IMG/VR virus record: IMGVR_UViG_3300031669_000021
Coordinates: 1 to 64,000 of that record
DNA length: 64,000 nt
DNA from: a virus
Direction: 5' to 3' (one strand)
Every line of letters starts with the position of its first letter. The stretch's first letter is position 1. The position numbers and the translations under genes are program-made. The notes below the pieces were generated by a model. The model saw nothing but the letters and a program-made list of their open reading frames with translations, did not search any database and was not told the DNA's origin. Shown here in pieces: positions 60,207 through 64,000 of this stretch.

Positions 60207-61529
60207 ATGTTCGTGTCAGAATTATTCGAGGGTGATAATCGTCAAGTCTTAGTAGTTTATCCGGGGAGATTTCAGCCCTTTCACAAGGGGCATGCCGCTG
60301 TTTATAATCACCTATGCAAGAAATATGGCGCCGATAATGTCTATATTGTGACCAGCAATAAGGTAGAACCGCCAAGATCGCCTTTCTCGTTTGACGATAA
60401 GAAGAAAATGATGGAGCTTACTGGCGTAAATTCAGCACATATTGTATATGATGCACAACCGTATCGTGCTATGTCATTGGTAGATAAATTTGATGCTGCC
60501 AATACAACATTACTCTTTGCCATCAGTGAAAAAGACATGGCAGAAGATCCTCGATTCCAATTCAAGCCAAAGAAAGATGGCTCACCAAGCTATTTCCAGG
60601 CTCTAACCAATCTAAGCAACACAGAACCATTGACACAACATGCCTATATCACGACAGTCCCGACATTTAACTTTGAGGTTTTGGGTCAACCAGCGAATAG
60701 CGCAACACAAATTAGAGCACAGTTTGCTTCATCAGACGAAGCCACACAGAAGAGAATCGTGACAGACCTGTTTGGCAAGTTTGACCCCACTGTATATAAG
60801 ATAATGAAGACTAAGCTAACTGGTGTCAATGAAGGAGTGGACGATCTTCTTGGAGGATACACTACAAGAGATGAAAACGGCGAGGAAATACTAACATCTA
60901 AGGGCGAAGAGCGTCAGAGAAAACACAGAGAACAACAGAAGAAGAACGCTGTTGCAGCAGAACGCTCCAAACATACACATTGGGAGAAAAGAAGCCAACT
61001 TGTTCCACGCGGAGAAACATCTCAGTCGATACTTGTCCCTGATGAAGATTTTCCTTGGAATCTTAGAGAAGCCAAATTAAGAGAAGACCCAGAAGTAGAT
61101 AACCAAATCTTCAAAATACAACAAAAATACGATGTGCCAAGACAAGAAGCCCTTGAGATGTATCACGTTGATGGTGTCAGAGTAGAAGAGCCAAAGAAAC
61201 CATTGGAAATAAAAGAAGAAATTATACATACAACACGATACAAAAACTTTACAATAAAAGTAGACGATCACTACTTAATAAGAGCAAAACAGCGTAAAAT
61301 CGGACACTCAGAAGTGGGTCGAGTTATTGAGAAATTCCCAAGGATAGAAGAAGAGTTAAGCGAGGTGAATCCAAATCAGCAATTTTGGGCATTTGATGTA
61401 AAGCAAAATGTTGCCTTAGGAATGCGTAAATTGTCGGATATTAATGGATCAATGCAACTTATCTTAAAGACCGTTATTCGCGGTTCCCCGCCAGAACAGG
61501 GAAGAACTCCCATAATCACGATACAATAA
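60207..61529 (+). CDS. HxGH nucleotidyltransferase (NMN adenylyltransferase-like) with long C-terminal extension
   Basis: VVYPGRFQPFHKGH matches the NadM/NadR GRFQPFHxGH signature; 440 aa. Confidence 0.55.
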   Translation: MFVSELFEGDNRQVLVVYPGRFQPFHKGHAAVYNHLCKKYGADNVYIVTSNKVEPPRSPFSFDDKKKMMELTGVNSAHIVYDAQPYRAMSLVDKFDAANTTLLFAISEKDMAEDPRFQFKPKKDGSPSYFQALTNLSNTEPLTQHAYITTVPTFNFEVLGQPANSATQIRAQFASSDEATQKRIVTDLFGKFDPTVYKIMKTKLTGVNEGVDDLLGGYTTRDENGEEILTSKGEERQRKHREQQKKNAVAAERSKHTHWEKRSQLVPRGETSQSILVPDEDFPWNLREAKLREDPEVDNQIFKIQQKYDVPRQEALEMYHVDGVRVEEPKKPLEIKEEIIHTTRYKNFTIKVDDHYLIRAKQRKIGHSEVGRVIEKFPRIEEELSEVNPNQQFWAFDVKQNVALGMRKLSDINGSMQLILKTVIRGSPPEQGRTPIITIQ

Positions 61530-61535
61530 AATGCG

Positions 61536-61548
61536 CTAAATACACATA
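61536..61548 (+). promoter_or_regulatory. T4-type late promoter box
   Basis: CTAAATACACATA, 22 nt before ATG 61565. Confidence 0.4.
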
Positions 61549-61564
61549 TATTAGGACACAAAAA

Positions 61565-63589
61565 ATGACTAAGAAAACACTTAACGAAGCAAAAACTGTA
61601 GGCGATATAACTATTGATGATGGAACTATCTTAGACAAAGGTCAAAAAATTGGATCAGTGATGCACGAACTAAAAAACGGATATCATCCTGTAGTTCGAC
61701 TAAGAATCGGCAAGTTTGTCAAAGAGTATGAAGTAGATACTAAGAATCTAATAGATACTATATTTTCTGATATCCAATCACATCTTGGCGGAGTCACTGA
61801 AGGACAAATCAATGAGATGTCTCCAGCAGAGCAAGCAAGGATGGCCGAAATTAGAGAAATTGGCCAAAAAATGAGAGATGTTAATAATATATTTACAACT
61901 GGTCAGAAGATGAATGACAAGGTTCTGGTTGCTGGTGCTCGTCAAAAACTGGCTCAGTTAGCAAAACAAAAACACGATCTTGAAACTCAACCTGTTGCAG
62001 AAGGCAAAAAAGATAAAAAAAACAAAGAAGAAGGAACCTATACATTAGTATTCTCTTCGGATCAGAAGCCTTACTCTTGGGGTAAATTTTGGGCCAAAAG
62101 TAAGGAAGAGGCTAAACAAAGAGCAAAAGATATATTTAAGAAGCACGGATTTACTAATGTCAATATTAGAGAACTCGCAATAAAAGAATCAATTGAAGAA
62201 GATAATATTGGCGGAATTCAGACTAAAAGAGTGTCAGGACCTGGTGCTACTGTTGGTCAAGTCGATGAAATGTTTGCCGATCAGGGTGCAGGGCATTCTC
62301 CAGAAAACTCAAGTGCTGCATACCATCGAGTAGGTGTAACTGTTGTTGACCCAACCGCATCAGATATAACCAAACGAAAAGAAAAAATACAAAAAACTAT
62401 TCGTATGAAGGGCGATGCCGATACTGCTGTCAAAAGAGCCACAAAATACTATGAGAATAAGGGATATAGAGTGCTCGATGCATGGTATATTGAAGGATAT
62501 AATAAAGTATCTGTTACAGAGGGGAATGAAGGCGTAGATACTATCGAGATGGACGTTGAGTTGTTTATTCGTTGTTTAGAGTGGGCTAAAGAGAATGCAC
62601 CAGATGACATTGCATTGCACAAATTTACTGAAAATGTCGTAGCTAAAAATGGTATCTTAACCATGTCTGATTATGAAAGTTTGGTTCCTCAAGGTGCGCC
62701 CGTTGAAGAAGACAAGTATGAAGACGAAGAGGCAAAATATGCCAATATAGAAAAAATCGCTACAAAAAGATCAAATGAAATTGAAAAGACAGGTGATCGG
62801 GTTTATATGATAAACAGTTACACAGATCCTGAAACAAAAAGGATGGCTGCTGAATTGCTTATCAAAAGAAAAGATGGAACGAAAGATAAAGAAATTGTTA
62901 GAGAAGATGCCTCAGCGGGCGGAACAAGTTCAGCATCAGTTGCGACAGTGGTTTCTGGAACACCGGGAATTATTAGACGAGTAGGTAAGGGCAAAAAGAA
63001 GGGATTATACGGCAACTCCGTAAATCCTCAAACATTTACGAGTGCATTAGGTAAAGGAATTTACGAAGCAGAAGAAAAGAAGAAGGGCGAAGAAAAGTTT
63101 GACTATGATGCATGGAAGAAGTCAGGCGATAAGTCCAAAAAGCCGCGCGGTAAGCACAGCGAAAAGACATTGCTCGGTAAAGGTAAGAACGGCTGGAACA
63201 AGGTAAGCGAAGCAGCAATGCAGCCTGGTTCTAAGTTTGTTACTATCCCACACGAAGTATGGTCTGCTAAATCGCCAGAAGATCAAGCAAGATTAAAAGC
63301 AAAACACCCTAACTTAAAAGTAACGGGTGTGCCTAAGGCACCAAGAGTGCCCAAGCCTAAGAAAAATTACGAGGGTGTACAACAGGCAATTGATGCTGCA
63401 ATCGGTGATGCATTTCCTGACGGTGATCCAATTGACTTACTATTTGACAGATATAGCATGGAAGAATTAGATAAAGCAGTTCGTTCCACTAAGAGCGGTA
63501 AAAACTATAATGATTATATTAAGCAAGCATGGCAACAAAATATAGACGATAGCCCAGAACGATGGGGTGATATGGAGAACCCTTGGTAA
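61565..63589 (+). CDS. hypothetical Lys-rich protein 674 aa
   Basis: long uninterrupted ORF. Confidence 0.6.
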   Translation: MTKKTLNEAKTVGDITIDDGTILDKGQKIGSVMHELKNGYHPVVRLRIGKFVKEYEVDTKNLIDTIFSDIQSHLGGVTEGQINEMSPAEQARMAEIREIGQKMRDVNNIFTTGQKMNDKVLVAGARQKLAQLAKQKHDLETQPVAEGKKDKKNKEEGTYTLVFSSDQKPYSWGKFWAKSKEEAKQRAKDIFKKHGFTNVNIRELAIKESIEEDNIGGIQTKRVSGPGATVGQVDEMFADQGAGHSPENSSAAYHRVGVTVVDPTASDITKRKEKIQKTIRMKGDADTAVKRATKYYENKGYRVLDAWYIEGYNKVSVTEGNEGVDTIEMDVELFIRCLEWAKENAPDDIALHKFTENVVAKNGILTMSDYESLVPQGAPVEEDKYEDEEAKYANIEKIATKRSNEIEKTGDRVYMINSYTDPETKRMAAELLIKRKDGTKDKEIVREDASAGGTSSASVATVVSGTPGIIRRVGKGKKKGLYGNSVNPQTFTSALGKGIYEAEEKKKGEEKFDYDAWKKSGDKSKKPRGKHSEKTLLGKGKNGWNKVSEAAMQPGSKFVTIPHEVWSAKSPEDQARLKAKHPNLKVTGVPKAPRVPKPKKNYEGVQQAIDAAIGDAFPDGDPIDLLFDRYSMEELDKAVRSTKSGKNYNDYIKQAWQQNIDDSPERWGDMENPW

Positions 63590-64000
63590 TGAAACCACAA
63601 GACTTTTTAAACGAAGATGCAGACGATGATATGTATAAAAGTAATTCTCGTATCAAGCGTCAAGTTATTCCTACATCACACAAAGCATCTAAACTGCAAG
63701 ATATCTGCACAAGCAAAAATATCAAGCGCGGTGATAAGGTGTTCGTAAAAGAAGGTAATGATTACCAACATTGCGTATTTCTTCGTGCAGGCGAAAAGAT
63801 GATTCATGTTCACAATTATGTAAATAACTATAACGAAGCAGTAGATCCAAAAGAAGTATATACTCAAGAAAACTTTAAGTATGTTCCACTTATTGAACCC
63901 AAGAAAAAAGGTGCAAAAGTTAAAGAGGCGTTAGAGGATGCAGACGATGACCGTTACCCTGAATTTATGGGTGGATATGTCACTCCATTTACTGCTAACG
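63589..64000 (+). CDS. hypothetical protein, 3'-truncated by window end
   Basis: ATG 63589 overlapping previous TAA; frame open to position 64000. Confidence 0.45.
   Translation, partial: MKPQDFLNEDADDDMYKSNSRIKRQVIPTSHKASKLQDICTSKNIKRGDKVFVKEGNDYQHCVFLRAGEKMIHVHNYVNNYNEAVDPKEVYTQENFKYVPLIEPKKKGAKVKEALEDADDDRYPEFMGGYVTPFTAN

Overview
This 64-kb window looks like a contiguous piece of a large virulent, T4-like (Straboviridae-type) phage genome. Genes are densely packed, ATGA/TAATG start-stop overlaps are common, and about 95% of genes are on the + strand. Hallmarks seen directly in translation: T4-type DNA ligase (KxDGxR), polynucleotide kinase/phosphatase Pnkp and Rnl1-type RNA ligase (the tRNA-repair pair), dCMP deaminase (HAE..PC..C), gp44-like RFC clamp-loader ATPase, gp31/GroES-like co-chaperonins, a CPFC glutaredoxin, PhoH, and a GH19 endolysin / i-spanin / o-spanin / holin cassette. 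There are five freestanding homing-endonuclease genes (three GIY-YIG, one HNH, one frameshifted Vsr/PD-(D/E)xK-like). The first ~32 kb is an early region of small unknown genes driven by at least 13 copies of a near-identical sigma70 promoter-plus-leader cassette (TTGACATTTCGG-N-TATAATAG...); 32.8-39.8 kb is a tail-fibre/structural block, and it and several downstream genes carry T4 late-promoter boxes (TATAAATA / CTAAATA). Accessory content is unusual: a phage IF-1 homologue, a ribosomal L7/L12 C-terminal-domain mimic, a DnaJ(CbpA-like)+ClpA-like chaperone pair, two divergent GroES paralogs, an NMNAT-like nucleotidyltransferase, a dual-specificity phosphatase, MORN-like repeat proteins and several tandem paralog families. 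The two most striking loci are (i) a promoter-driven tRNA whose anticodon loop reads CUA (amber-suppressor type), followed by two in-frame copies of ATG-TTG-TAG-ATTAA sitting on the start of a PTH2-like peptidyl-tRNA-hydrolase gene that has no clean ATG start, and (ii) a nine-gene tandem array of small proteins sharing a conserved C-terminal ..FxNEEDAxLFxLKWS module.
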